64,000 nucleotides of DNA from an uncultured Pseudomonadota bacterium (lineage in GTDB: Bacteria; Oederibacteriota; Muellerivitia; Muellerivitales; Muellerivitaceae). Below, piece by piece: positions 10,679 through 20,238 of this stretch. Positions within the stretch are counted from its first letter, which is position 1. The number at the start of each line of letters is the position of its first letter. The position numbers were made by a program, and so were the translations under genes. The stretch lies in NCBI GenBank assembly GCA_963843375.1, contig CAWJKT010000008.1:192001-256000 (forward strand), in the 5' to 3' direction. Under the pieces are notes generated by a model. It saw only the letters and a program-made list of their open reading frames with translations, had not been told where the DNA came from and did no database searches.

Positions 10679-10963
10679 TTAAACAGGAATTCCGTATTTC
10701 TTCTTGGCTTCCGGGGTCATGTTTTCGATATCCTCCATCAGCAGTCGGGCCCGGGTACCTTTGACGCGCTTGAGCTCTGTGTCCAGGGTTCCTTTCAGGC
10801 GACCCCGAAGCATGTCCGAAACTTTTCTTGGAGCGTAGACATAAACATCCACTCCATCATCTTTATAACTGGAATAATCGTTGCGGATCACGGCTTGTGG
10901 GGCAAGCCTTTTCACTTCCGTTTCCAATTTTTTCGCTAATTGTTCCGCCGCGGTTTGTGTCAC
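10679..10963 (-). CDS. Small hypothetical protein (~94 aa)
   Basis: Strong GAGGAGG RBS before GTG at 10963; followed by a terminator; no family recognised. Confidence 0.65.
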   Translation of the reverse strand: MTQTAAEQLAKKLETEVKRLAPQAVIRNDYSSYKDDGVDVYVYAPRKVSDMLRGRLKGTLDTELKRVKGTRARLLMEDIENMTPEAKKKYGIPV

Positions 10964-11046
10964 GGTTGGTCCTCCTCGATTAATCACGAAGGCCACGCCC
11001 TCGCTTTTCACTTTCTAAAACTAATTTATCATATCCCCAAAAGTTG

Positions 11047-11907
11047 TCAACGATACCCGGCCTTGCGAAACATATTCAAAATCCGGTCCAGGTCGTCGAG
11101 CGAATAATATTCGAAACAAACCGTCCCCTTCTGGCGCCCCTGGGTTTTAACAGTCACTTTGGTGCCCAGCCAATCGCGGAGATTTTCCTCAAGCTTGGCG
11201 ACATTTGCATCTTTACCTTTTCCACCGGGTTTCACCTTTTTGCCGTTTCCCTTTTGCACTTGTAGCCATTTTTCAACGTCGCGGACGTTAAACCCCTGTC
11301 GCACAATCCGCTCCGCCCATTTGTACTGTTCCTGGGGGGTTGAAAGGGAGGCTAGGACCCGAGCGTGACCCGGTGAAAGCTCTCCGGAAGCCAGCATGGC
11401 CTTGACCTCAGGCGAGAGTTTCAGGAGGCGCAGGGCGTTGGCAACGGTGGCGCGGTCCTTCCCCACCTTTTGGGCGATTTGCTCCTGGGTCATGTTGAAC
11501 TCTTCTTGTAGGCGATGATAACCTTCCGCCTCTTCCAGGGGGGACAAGTCGGCACGCTGGAGGTTCTCAATAAGGGCTAGTTCAAGGGATTCCACGTCCG
11601 AGGCTTGGATCTCAACGACAGGCATGGTCAGCATGCCCAGCTTTTGCGCGGCGCGGTAGCGGCGTTCACCGGCGATAATTTCCCAGATTTCTCCTTTTTT
11701 TCGAACCACGATGGGCTGCAAGATGCCGCGTTCCTTGACCGATTGGACCAGTTCCTGAAGATCCTCAGGACGGAACAACTTGCGGGGTTGGAAAGGATTG
11801 GGCTTGATCCGGGAAACCGGGACTTGCTGGGCCGAGCCCTTTTTTTCCTCGATCAGTCTTTTGGGGATGAGGGCTTCCAGTCCGCGGCCGAGGGCTTTTT
11901 TAGCCAT
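11047..11907 (-). CDS. parB: Chromosome partitioning protein ParB/Spo0J
   Basis: ALGRGLEALI, NPFQPRK, IIAGERRYRA, ALIENLQRADL and HTH GKDRATVANALRLL. Confidence 0.97.
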   Translation of the reverse strand: MAKKALGRGLEALIPKRLIEEKKGSAQQVPVSRIKPNPFQPRKLFRPEDLQELVQSVKERGILQPIVVRKKGEIWEIIAGERRYRAAQKLGMLTMPVVEIQASDVESLELALIENLQRADLSPLEEAEGYHRLQEEFNMTQEQIAQKVGKDRATVANALRLLKLSPEVKAMLASGELSPGHARVLASLSTPQEQYKWAERIVRQGFNVRDVEKWLQVQKGNGKKVKPGGKGKDANVAKLEENLRDWLGTKVTVKTQGRQKGTVCFEYYSLDDLDRILNMFRKAGYR

Positions 11908-12661
11908 GGGTGACGATCTCCTTGGTCAGGTTTAAATAGGCTTGGGCTCCGCTGGAGCGGATATCATAAAGAATGATGGGTTTCCCAAAGGAAGGCGATT
12001 CGGAGAGTTGGACGTTCCTGGGAATGACCGTATTGTACACTTTTTCGCCAAAAAACTTGCGGACTTCTTCCGACACTTGCAGAGAGAGGCGGGTGCGTGA
12101 ATCGTGCATGGTCAGCAGCGCCCCCTCAATCTCCAGTTTGGGATTGAAGCTCTCCCGCACCCGGTCCACCGTCTCCATCAGTGAACTCAACCCCTCTAGG
12201 GCGTAATATTCGCTTTGCACAGGGATCAGGACCGAGTGGGCCGCGGTCAAGGCGTTGAGAGTCAAAAAGCCGAGGGAAGGCGGACAATCGATCAAAATAT
12301 AGTGAAAGTCGGCCTCCACTTTCGCCAGAGCCTTTTTCAGCCGGATTTCCCTTTCCTCCTGGTTGACAAGTTCCACCTCGGCCCCGGTTAGGTGGCCGTT
12401 TGAAGGGACACAAAAAAGTTTTTTGAGTTCGGTAGGGCGAATGGCTTCAAGAATGTCAGCCTCCCCCATTATCACCTGATAGATATTGGGATCGCACTCG
12501 TTCTTGTCGAGACCCACCCCGCTGGTGGAGTTGCCCTGGGGATCCATATCCACTAAAAGCGTTTTCTTTTCAATTGCGGCCAGGCAAGAAGCCAGATTTA
12601 CCGTGGTCGTGGTCTTGCCGACCCCGCCCTTTTGATTGGTGATGCAGATAATCCGCGCCAT
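11900..12661 (-). CDS. parA: Chromosome partitioning ATPase ParA/Soj
   Basis: NQKGGVGKTTT deviant Walker A, DMDPQGN, DCPPSLG, IPRNVQLSESPSFG. Confidence 0.97.
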   Translation of the reverse strand: MARIICITNQKGGVGKTTTTVNLASCLAAIEKKTLLVDMDPQGNSTSGVGLDKNECDPNIYQVIMGEADILEAIRPTELKKLFCVPSNGHLTGAEVELVNQEEREIRLKKALAKVEADFHYILIDCPPSLGFLTLNALTAAHSVLIPVQSEYYALEGLSSLMETVDRVRESFNPKLEIEGALLTMHDSRTRLSLQVSEEVRKFFGEKVYNTVIPRNVQLSESPSFGKPIILYDIRSSGAQAYLNLTKEIVTHG

Positions 12662-12741
12662 TTCATTCCTTTAAAATACTAAAAACTTTTGACAAAAGCC
12701 GTCTTCGCCTCTAAAACGACACGTTTTGCGGCGAAGAACCT

Positions 12742-13542
12742 TTACTGTTTACCCTTTGATTCCGTTTTTTTTCTTTGGCGTTCCAAAAGCTTACGGGTCT
12801 CCGCCAAATTTCGCGATGCCTTTTGATATTGGGGGTCCAAAGAATAGGCGGTTTCAAATTCCTTTAATCCCTTTTCATATTCTTTTTCCTGATTGAAGAC
12901 CACTCCCAAATTGTTGTGGGCGATGGCATTTTCCGAATCAGCCTCGACGGCTTTTTTCAATTGGGCTTCCGCCTCGGGCCATTTCTGCAATTGGATGTAA
13001 ACCAAGCCGAGATTATTATAAACCCAAGCCGAATCCTCCTCATAGGTCAAAGCTTTCTCGTAATTTTTCACCGCCGACTGGTAATCACCCTTGTCGAAAT
13101 AAACCGTCCCCAGGATGTTGTAGACACTTCCCGCTTCCGGGTCCAGCTTTTTAGCTTCCAGCGCCGAAGCCAGGGCCTGATCGAAAAGACCCTTAGATTG
13201 GTAAAGTCGGGCGAGGGTGGCAAAAGCGTTGGCGTTGTGCGGAGCCAGGTTTACTACGCCTTCAAATTCTGTGATGGCATCATCTGTTCGTTGGGAGTCC
13301 TTGTAAATCCGGCCCAGCAAAAGATGGACTTTTGAGTCGGAAGGTTTCTGGGTTTTCAGGAAAAGAAGGATTTTTTCTGATTTTTCGGGCTGTCCCTCAT
13401 CGTAAAGTTTTTGGGCGTCCGAAAAGGTTCCCTTAACTTCGGCGGAAGGAGGCGGGACGGAAGTACAGGCAAAGGTCATCAGGGGCAATAGGCAGAAAGT
13501 TAAATAAATCCTTACTGGGGAAAAAGGGGATTCGATGACCAT
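12742..13542 (-). CDS. TPR-repeat lipoprotein
   Basis: Repeated (Y/H)NNLG..Y...A..E TPR units; lipobox-like TFAC. Confidence 0.8.
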   Translation of the reverse strand: MVIESPFSPVRIYLTFCLLPLMTFACTSVPPPSAEVKGTFSDAQKLYDEGQPEKSEKILLFLKTQKPSDSKVHLLLGRIYKDSQRTDDAITEFEGVVNLAPHNANAFATLARLYQSKGLFDQALASALEAKKLDPEAGSVYNILGTVYFDKGDYQSAVKNYEKALTYEEDSAWVYNNLGLVYIQLQKWPEAEAQLKKAVEADSENAIAHNNLGVVFNQEKEYEKGLKEFETAYSLDPQYQKASRNLAETRKLLERQRKKTESKGKQ

Positions 13543-13587
13543 GGGGACGTCACTATACCACTCGGGTTTTCGAACTTCTATGCGCCC

Positions 13588-14572
13588 TTACTTGGCAGGC
13601 AATTTCCGGGGGTTTGACGATCCTTTTAACTCAATGGGCTTTAACATAAAGCAAAAAAGACCAATCAAACTGAAAAGGATAACTCCGATCAAAAGAAGCA
13701 GAAGCGAATAAGCCATGGCCTGGTCCTTGTTGATGGAGATCAGGCCGAAAAGGAAGATCAGCGCGGCCTCGCGGGTCCCCATGCCTAAAAAAGTCAGGAG
13801 CGACACTATATTCACGACGGAAACGCAAAAGGAAAGGTAAAGAATGTTGACCGGAAGGTTCATGGCTTAGGCGATACCGTAACAGCCCCAAAAGAAGGAA
13901 ACATAGGAAAGGAGCGAAAGCAAAATCGGCACAAGGAGAGGGCTTATAAAAAGCCTCCATTCCCTTGTGGAAATCCTCGAAAAGTTCGTCCGTTTTATCC
14001 CGGTGCTCCTGCTTCATCAGGCGTTGAAAGGCCGCCTTCAAAATAACCCCCCCGATTTTTTTATTGAAAGCCAAGAGAGTGACGACCACTAGAATGACGA
14101 AAAAAACTTTGACGGCCAATATCATTTTGAGGGAAGCCGGTCCGTAGGCATGGGGTTCAGAAGAATTCCCAATCCCCCCAGGACAAGGAGAAGATATAAA
14201 TCGAAAACCCGGTCCACCAGGACGCTGGTGATGCCTTTACCGGTGGACAATTTCAAGTCTTGCTTCAGGTAAAAAACTTTGGCAAAGTCGCCCGCCCGCC
14301 CCGGAGTGAGGTTTCCCAAATACAAGGGTCGCCATATAAATGAGAAAGCTAGTCCCAAACAGGATAGGAAAGCCCCTGCATTTTCAGAAGGTAACTCCAG
14401 CGGACACCCTTTAAATAAACCATACCAATAAAAGCCAAAAGCGCCAGAAGGAGCAGCCGCCAATCGGCCGCCCTCAAGCATAGGCGATGGTATCGGCCAG
14501 GCTGATCTTCCAAAGCCGAAAAATAAGCGCAAACAAAAGTACGCCGATAACAATCGGAAGATAGCGTTTCAT
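13588..14572 (-). CDS. YbhN/UPF0104 (LPG synthase TM domain) flippase-like protein, disrupted in this sequence
   Basis: LGNLTPGRAGD, VDRVFD and GMGTRE motifs across three fragments; frameshifts plus an in-frame TAA near 13868. Confidence 0.7.
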
Positions 14573-14619
14573 AAGGAGGTGAATTCCTTATTAGGATGAA
14601 GTGGATTCAAACGGGAAGA

Positions 14620-16038
14620 TTATATACGAAGCATCCTTAAACCAACCTTCGCCTTACGATAAAAATCAATCGGCGAGTGGGTGAAGGACATGTTTTTCAT
14701 TATCATCTTGGGCCTTAAGTAAAAGGACTTGTAGGCGAATTTCAAAAGGTCGATCAACTCGTCCCGGGTCATAAATTCTTCCCAAAGCTTTGGCTTGAAA
14801 TCGGGCGTGGGGTTCTTGGCGAATTCCGCCCAATAATCATGATCAAAGCGACCTTCTTCAAGCGCTTTGTAATAGATCGCCGTCGCCGGGAACGGGGTTA
14901 AAACCGAGAAATGGACAAAATCAGGATCCAGTTCCTTGGCGAAATCAATGGTGTTCAAGGCCATCTCCCGGGTCTCACCCGGATTGCCGATCATGAAGTA
15001 AGCCAGGGTCTTCATGCCATGGGCGCGGGTGGCTTTGAATATTTTCCTTACATGATCTAAGTCAAGATCCTTCAGGAGAGTTTCTAGCACCTCGGCGTTG
15101 CCGGACTCCACCCCGTAATGGATGCGGTCACAGCCGGCTGAGGCCAGTTCAGCCAGCATTTCCTCGTCCATTCGGTCGGCCCGGGCCCTGATATCAAAGG
15201 CGATTGCCAGTTTCCGCCGCTTGATCTCCGAGCATATCTCAAAGACCCGTTTACGGTTCACATTGAAAGTATCGTCATAAATGAAAAACTCCCGAATGCC
15301 GAGTTTCAAGCAGGCTTCCATTTCATTGACAACGGCATTGGCCGAATGGCTGCGGAAACGGCGGCCCATGGTCGGCCGGTCGCAGAAAAGGCAACGGTAA
15401 GGGCAACCCCGGCTGGTGAACATGGTAGTGATGGGATTGTGTTTAGCGATAAGAGAGTAATATTTGTGGACCGGGGTTAATTCACGGGCCGGATAGGGCA
15501 AGGCGTCCAAATCTTCCACGGGTGGTGCCGGAGGATTGTCCTTGATCTGGCCGGTCACGGAATCCCGGTAAGCAAGTCCAAAAACCTTCTCAAATCCCAT
15601 GGAGCCTTCCAAGACTGACAAAAGTTGAGTGAAAGCCAGTTCTCCCTCTCCCTTGATGGCAAAATCCACTTCGGGCATCGCAAGTGTCTCGCGGGCGAAA
15701 ATGTGCACATGGGGCCCGCCCATCACCACCTTACAGGCAGGATTAGCTTTTTTGGCGGCCTGGGCCACCATGCGGGCATCGATAATTGTAAAAGTAAGCG
15801 CTTGGATTCCCACCACGTCGGGATTCACCGCGCGGATTCGGTCTTCGATTTCATCCTGGGACACTTCCTCCACTTGGCAGTCAAGGACATGGATTTCGTG
15901 TGAGGTTTTGGCCTTTGCATATCCGGCGACGTAAAGTAGACCAAGCGGCGGGTTAAAACCGCGCTCCTCGTCAACTACTGACGGAATATTGGTGGTAATC
16001 ATGTGCTCAGAAGGCGGGTTAATGAATAAAACTTTCAT
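14620..16038 (-). CDS. B12-binding domain radical SAM protein (class B methyltransferase-like)
   Basis: PPLGLLYVA and GGPH cobalamin-binding domain; SRGCPYRCLFC CxxxCxxC motif; DDTF, GVESG. Confidence 0.9.
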   Translation of the reverse strand: MKVLFINPPSEHMITTNIPSVVDEERGFNPPLGLLYVAGYAKAKTSHEIHVLDCQVEEVSQDEIEDRIRAVNPDVVGIQALTFTIIDARMVAQAAKKANPACKVVMGGPHVHIFARETLAMPEVDFAIKGEGELAFTQLLSVLEGSMGFEKVFGLAYRDSVTGQIKDNPPAPPVEDLDALPYPARELTPVHKYYSLIAKHNPITTMFTSRGCPYRCLFCDRPTMGRRFRSHSANAVVNEMEACLKLGIREFFIYDDTFNVNRKRVFEICSEIKRRKLAIAFDIRARADRMDEEMLAELASAGCDRIHYGVESGNAEVLETLLKDLDLDHVRKIFKATRAHGMKTLAYFMIGNPGETREMALNTIDFAKELDPDFVHFSVLTPFPATAIYYKALEEGRFDHDYWAEFAKNPTPDFKPKLWEEFMTRDELIDLLKFAYKSFYLRPKMIMKNMSFTHSPIDFYRKAKVGLRMLRI

Positions 16039-16041
16039 GGA

Positions 16042-16903
16042 TTATCTTCCTCTTTTCACGAGCAAATCCGCCAGCAGTCCAAGGGCGGCCACTTGAAGGC
16101 CCGCCACTAAAAGAAACAGGGTTCCCTCGTTCCAGGGTTGGCCTTGCAGCCGGGAGGCGATTCCCGACAACGCACCCACCACGAATATGATACCGCTTAG
16201 GGGGATAAAAATCTTTAGAGGCTTAAAATACATCACTACCCTTAAAACGAGAGAAAAGAAGTTCAGCGTGTCCTGAAAGGGCCTGATTTTCGAGGTTCCG
16301 ATCCGAGCCCCGTAAGCGATAGGATGATACTTGACAACATAACCATGACATTCCAAAGCCAGTGTGATAGTAGTCGTGAATGAAAATCCATTCGGGAATA
16401 GACCCTCATAACGGACGGCGATGTTTTTTTTGAAAACGCGCAATCCCGAATTCAAATCCGGTATTTTCCGATCCGCCAAGTAATTGGCCCATTTCCCAAG
16501 GAGCCATTTGGGAAACCTCCGAAGCCGCGGAATCGCCGCATTAGGTTTAATCCTTGCGCCCACGACCATATCTGATGTTTCTACAAGCCGGATAAGTTCC
16601 GGAAGTTCTTCCGCGGGATAGGTTCCATCCGCATCCAACATGGCGATCAGGTTAAACCGGGCCTGACGCATTCCCGCTTTCAAGGACGCTCCATAACCCC
16701 GATTCTCCCCCATCGAAATGACCTTGGCTCCCGCCTGACGGGCTTTTAACCCGGTTTGGTCCCTGCTTCCATCGTCCACCACCAATAGTTCATAAGGAAT
16801 CCGCCCCCGATGGAGAACGCCGCTGCACTTTTCGGACGACGTCTCCCACCGCTTTTTCCTCGTTGAATGCGGGAATAATCACCGTCACGGGTTCCTTTTT
16901 CAT
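16042..16903 (-). CDS. GT2 glycosyltransferase (polyprenol-phosphate sugar synthase-like) with C-terminal TM helices, frameshifted near 16790
   Basis: VIIPAFNEE in one frame, then VDDGSRD, NRGYG, DADGTY and PDLNSGLR in another; two C-terminal hydrophobic helices. Confidence 0.88.
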
Positions 16904-17253
16904 TTCAGGTCCACTTTCATTTCGGTGTAACGAGGTTTTTCTTGAGCTGTATAAACCATGACCCGGACAGTATAGGCGCCCGGCTGGACCCAGGGCGAAA
17001 AGGGGATGGATCCGTAAAAATACCAAATCCCTTTTTTGGTGTTTTTACGAAAAATCAATTCCGGACTTCCCATAACCAGAACTGTCCCAGTGACTTTATC
17101 CGCATCCAAAGGGGCATTGATTTCCGCCAGAGCCGGCCGACCCCGAAAGAGAGGCAGGGGTGTGATTTGCAATTGCAGGGAGTTGTCTCTTATTCCAATG
17201 GAGGCGCAACCGGTCAGAAATAAAAGAAAGAGAATCGGGTAAAAAAAACGCAT
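16900..17253 (-). CDS. Hypothetical lipoprotein with small beta-rich domain
   Basis: Lipobox LTGC; ATGA overlap with the GT2 gene. Confidence 0.65.
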   Translation of the reverse strand: MRFFYPILFLLFLTGCASIGIRDNSLQLQITPLPLFRGRPALAEINAPLDADKVTGTVLVMGSPELIFRKNTKKGIWYFYGSIPFSPWVQPGAYTVRVMVYTAQEKPRYTEMKVDLK

Positions 17254-17279
17254 GAATTTTCCTTGTCAGTAAGCTATCA

Positions 17280-17311
17280 AAAGGTGCTGAGTAAAACTTT
17301 TCAGCACCTTT
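17280..17311. terminator. 11-bp perfect inverted repeat, probable terminator
   Basis: AAAGGTGCTGA (17280-17290) pairs with TCAGCACCTTT (17301-17311), with A/T-rich flanks. Confidence 0.55.
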
Positions 17312-17388
17312 GTAATTGATAAATTTGGATAAATAAAATCGGGGACATCCGATAAGAATTAGGGGCTGCGGTTGGTTTTTGGGCTATT

Positions 17389-17979
17389 TCATTTCCCAGC
17401 AGGCGCGGTATTACGGGCTTCTGGAGGAGCAGCCGCATTGGCTGCCCTCGCTGCATCCCTTTTGCTTCTAATTTCTTTGGCCTTTTCCATCATTTGTTTC
17501 TTGGCTCTTTTTTCCCTGTAATCCTCACGAGCTTCCAGGAAGGCGAAACTATTGGCTTTCAGCAACATGGTTTCGGTCAGATAAGTACCCACACCAAAAT
17601 TAATAAAAGCCGGCAAAATTGCCGACAGGGTTACCAATAACAACAACCAGAGACTGCTCGCTACTTGGGGATATCCGAGCAATGGCTTTTCCTGCAATCC
17701 CGTATAGACCACCAAGCCCATTAAAGCCACGATCACAAAAAGAAAGAAACCCAAAAGACGGAAGGTTGAGCGAATTTTTTCAAAAGTTCTCTCCAAACCC
17801 TCGGCGAATTCGGAAATGGTTTCTCCCGTTTGCTCAATAGTTTCCTTCCAACGATCATCCCACAGCAATATTTTTCGGCGAAGAATGACCCCAAACACCA
17901 CGATCACAAAAGTAATGGACGAGGTTAAAAAAGTTAAAAATATAAAACCTAAAGCCGCTCCCATCGAGTGATCCTGCAT
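17389..17979 (-). CDS. Hypothetical membrane protein (3 TM) with charged C-terminal helix
   Basis: Three hydrophobic segments and a Lys/Arg/Glu-rich tail; RBS present. Confidence 0.65.
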   Translation of the reverse strand: MQDHSMGAALGFIFLTFLTSSITFVIVVFGVILRRKILLWDDRWKETIEQTGETISEFAEGLERTFEKIRSTFRLLGFFLFVIVALMGLVVYTGLQEKPLLGYPQVASSLWLLLLVTLSAILPAFINFGVGTYLTETMLLKANSFAFLEAREDYREKRAKKQMMEKAKEIRSKRDAARAANAAAPPEARNTAPAGK

Positions 17980-18004
17980 GTCGTCATCCTTTCAAATCAT
18001 GTTA

Positions 18005-18673
18005 TCAGGAATGTGTTAATTGTACCGTCGCGTCCAAAAGTTCCAATAATCTCTGTTTCACTTCATTCCATTGCGTCCCGCCATCGCCGCTTTGCTTGGA
18101 CTGCTGCCAGACCATAACCAATTGGGTCAGGATCTTATCTCCTTCGGCGATTAAAGCCATCCGAATAGCCAAGTGGCGGTTTTCTTCTTCTTGTTCAAGT
18201 TCTTCCTTCAACCGTTGGGTAATCTGGTTTTGAGCCTCAAGGCTAACCTCCGCCGCCTGAAGCGTGGACCTAATCTCCCCTTCCAGCTTTTGCCGGATGG
18301 AAGCCTCAAGAACTTTAAACATCTCATTTTGATCCGAGGCCATGGTAATGGTGGCAACCGGCGCGGTCGCCGCCACTGGTGCAGCCGGGGGAGCAAATTC
18401 CTTCCATTCTTCTTCCGATGCCAGCTCGGTCTTGATGCCCTTACTATCCCTAAAGATCATGGGCATGAACTCAAGTATTTTATCATGATAAACTTTTAGT
18501 CCAACTTCCATTTCCTTCAAATCATCGACGTTTTGAGCGTAAACCACCAAGTTATATTTTGTTAGTTCTTTGACTCGGGCGGCTTTGAGATGGTCGTAGA
18601 GGCGCGGTTCCCGGACTTGGAGGAGCTTACAAAACGCTTCCCATTGATTTTGGACTTCAACTGCGGCGGCCAT
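18005..18673 (-). CDS. Hypothetical protein with coiled-coil C-terminus
   Basis: GGAG RBS, 222-aa ORF with an Ala/Pro linker and Glu/Gln-rich heptad region. Confidence 0.65.
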   Translation of the reverse strand: MAAAVEVQNQWEAFCKLLQVREPRLYDHLKAARVKELTKYNLVVYAQNVDDLKEMEVGLKVYHDKILEFMPMIFRDSKGIKTELASEEEWKEFAPPAAPVAATAPVATITMASDQNEMFKVLEASIRQKLEGEIRSTLQAAEVSLEAQNQITQRLKEELEQEEENRHLAIRMALIAEGDKILTQLVMVWQQSKQSGDGGTQWNEVKQRLLELLDATVQLTHS

Positions 18674-20238
18674 AGGGGCTCCCGTTGATTTTCTCTTAAT
18701 TGCCGCAATAAACGCGGAAGATAGGGTAAAAGATCCCCCGCCAGTAATCCATCGGGGCCCAACCTCCGGCTGGCTTTTTCGCCCGCCAAACCGTGAAGGT
18801 ACACCCCAGTCGTCGCTGCGTCAAAGGGCGAAAGACGCTGGGCCAAGAGACCACCGATGATTCCGGACAAAACATCCCCGGTGCCGCCGGTCGCCAGTCC
18901 ACGGTTCCCGGTGGGGTTGATTCGAACCTCTCCCTGAGGATTGGCAATAACAGTGAATCTACCTTTTAAAACAACGGTCACATTATAGCCTTGGGCTATA
19001 TGCTTCGCAACTTTAACGCGGTTTTGTTCAACGTCGTTTATCGTCGTTTTCAACAGCCAGGCGGCTTCCCCCGGATGGGGCGTTAATATCGCGGGAGCTC
19101 TTAAAGCTTTAAAGATGTCCAATTGGGCTCCCAGCAGGTGGAGGGCGTCTGCGTCAACCACCATGGGAACGGTCAATTTGGTTAAAAGTTCCCTCAAGAG
19201 TTGGCCCGTCTCGCGGTGACGGCCGATTCCGGGGCCGATCACAATCGAATTCACGTTGGTCGTAAGATGGAGTATCCTTCCGGTGGCTTTCAAGGAAAGA
19301 AAACCTCCCTCCACCTCTGGAACCGGAGCGGTCATGGGCTCGGTGAGTTTTACAGCCATAATCGGAATTAAGCTTTCCGGACAAGCCACGGTCACCAATC
19401 CCGCGCCGATTCTCTGAGCGCCATAGGCGCTCAAAGCCGCCGCACCTGTCAAGCCTGTGGCGCCAGCCACAATCACGACCCGTCCACGAGTTCCCTTATG
19501 GGTATTCTCGTCATACTTCGGTAGCGACTTTTGCACCGTGGAAAGATCTGTGATTTCATGTTTCAAGAAGGAATTGCTCAGGAGAACTTCCGGAAAGCCG
19601 ATGTTGTCCACCAAAACTCGACCCGTATAGGTGGCGCCGATGGGAGTATAAAACCCCAGCTTGGCCAGGCCGAAAGTGACTGTCAATTGAGCGGGCAAGA
19701 CTTCTCCTATAGGTGTACCGGAGTTGGCGGAAAGCCCTGAAGGGATATCCACAGCCACGATGGGTTTTCCCATCGTTTTCACCGTTTGTACCAATTCCCG
19801 GCAGACTCCATCCATCGGCCGGGAAAGACCCGTGCCAAATAAAGCGTCCAATAAGAGATCGCATTCTTCCAATGCCAAGCGAACGGGTTTCAAACCATCG
19901 GAATTCGTTAAAGAAATGAGGGGGACTTTGGCCGCCTTGGCTTTTTGATATTGTTTAAGGGGTTCACCCGAGAGGTTCTCCGCCTCGCACAAAAGTATTA
20001 CCACCACACTGGCTTTTTTTTGCTTCAAGAGACGGGCAGCGACAAGCCCATCTCCTCCGTTATTTCCTTTTCCGCAAAGGACTCCAATGGTTTTATCCTC
20101 CAAATCGCCCCAAGTTTCTTCCAGGACCTTTACCACGGCGCTTCCGGCTTTTTCCATGAGGCCGGAAATGGTTTGACCTTGTTCCCTAACCGCCAATTCA
20201 TCGATTTTTCGCATGTCTTCCGCCGTGGCTAATTTCAT
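18562..20238 (-). CDS. nnr: Bifunctional NAD(P)H-hydrate epimerase/dehydratase (YjeF)
   Basis: CGKGNNGGDG, DALFGTG, VDIPSG, HKGTRG, GPGIG, VDADAL, LTPHPGE and TGGTGDVLSG. The true stop may lie near 18690. Confidence 0.95.
   Translation of the reverse strand: MKLATAEDMRKIDELAVREQGQTISGLMEKAGSAVVKVLEETWGDLEDKTIGVLCGKGNNGGDGLVAARLLKQKKASVVVILLCEAENLSGEPLKQYQKAKAAKVPLISLTNSDGLKPVRLALEECDLLLDALFGTGLSRPMDGVCRELVQTVKTMGKPIVAVDIPSGLSANSGTPIGEVLPAQLTVTFGLAKLGFYTPIGATYTGRVLVDNIGFPEVLLSNSFLKHEITDLSTVQKSLPKYDENTHKGTRGRVVIVAGATGLTGAAALSAYGAQRIGAGLVTVACPESLIPIMAVKLTEPMTAPVPEVEGGFLSLKATGRILHLTTNVNSIVIGPGIGRHRETGQLLRELLTKLTVPMVVDADALHLLGAQLDIFKALRAPAILTPHPGEAAWLLKTTINDVEQNRVKVAKHIAQGYNVTVVLKGRFTVIANPQGEVRINPTGNRGLATGGTGDVLSGIIGGLLAQRLSPFDAATTGVYLHGLAGEKASRRLGPDGLLAGDLLPYLPRLLRQLRENQREPLWPPQLKSKINGKRFVSSSKSGNRASTTISKPPESKN

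Noticed and set aside
10481..12741. oriC or parS near parAB
   Set aside because: No TGTTNCACGTGAAACA-like site or DnaA-box cluster found; no dnaA, rsmG or mnmG in the window.
13860..13875. In-frame TAA as evidence of stop-codon recoding
   Set aside because: Single case in an already error-rich gene; TAA, TAG and TGA all act as normal stops elsewhere.
18562..18690. Long nnr overlap with the next gene (and the DUF3343/atpZ overlap at 30098-30158) as dual coding
   Set aside because: The extensions carry no family motifs; for DUF3343 one extra A gives TAA directly before the atpZ ATG, so missed stops are likely.
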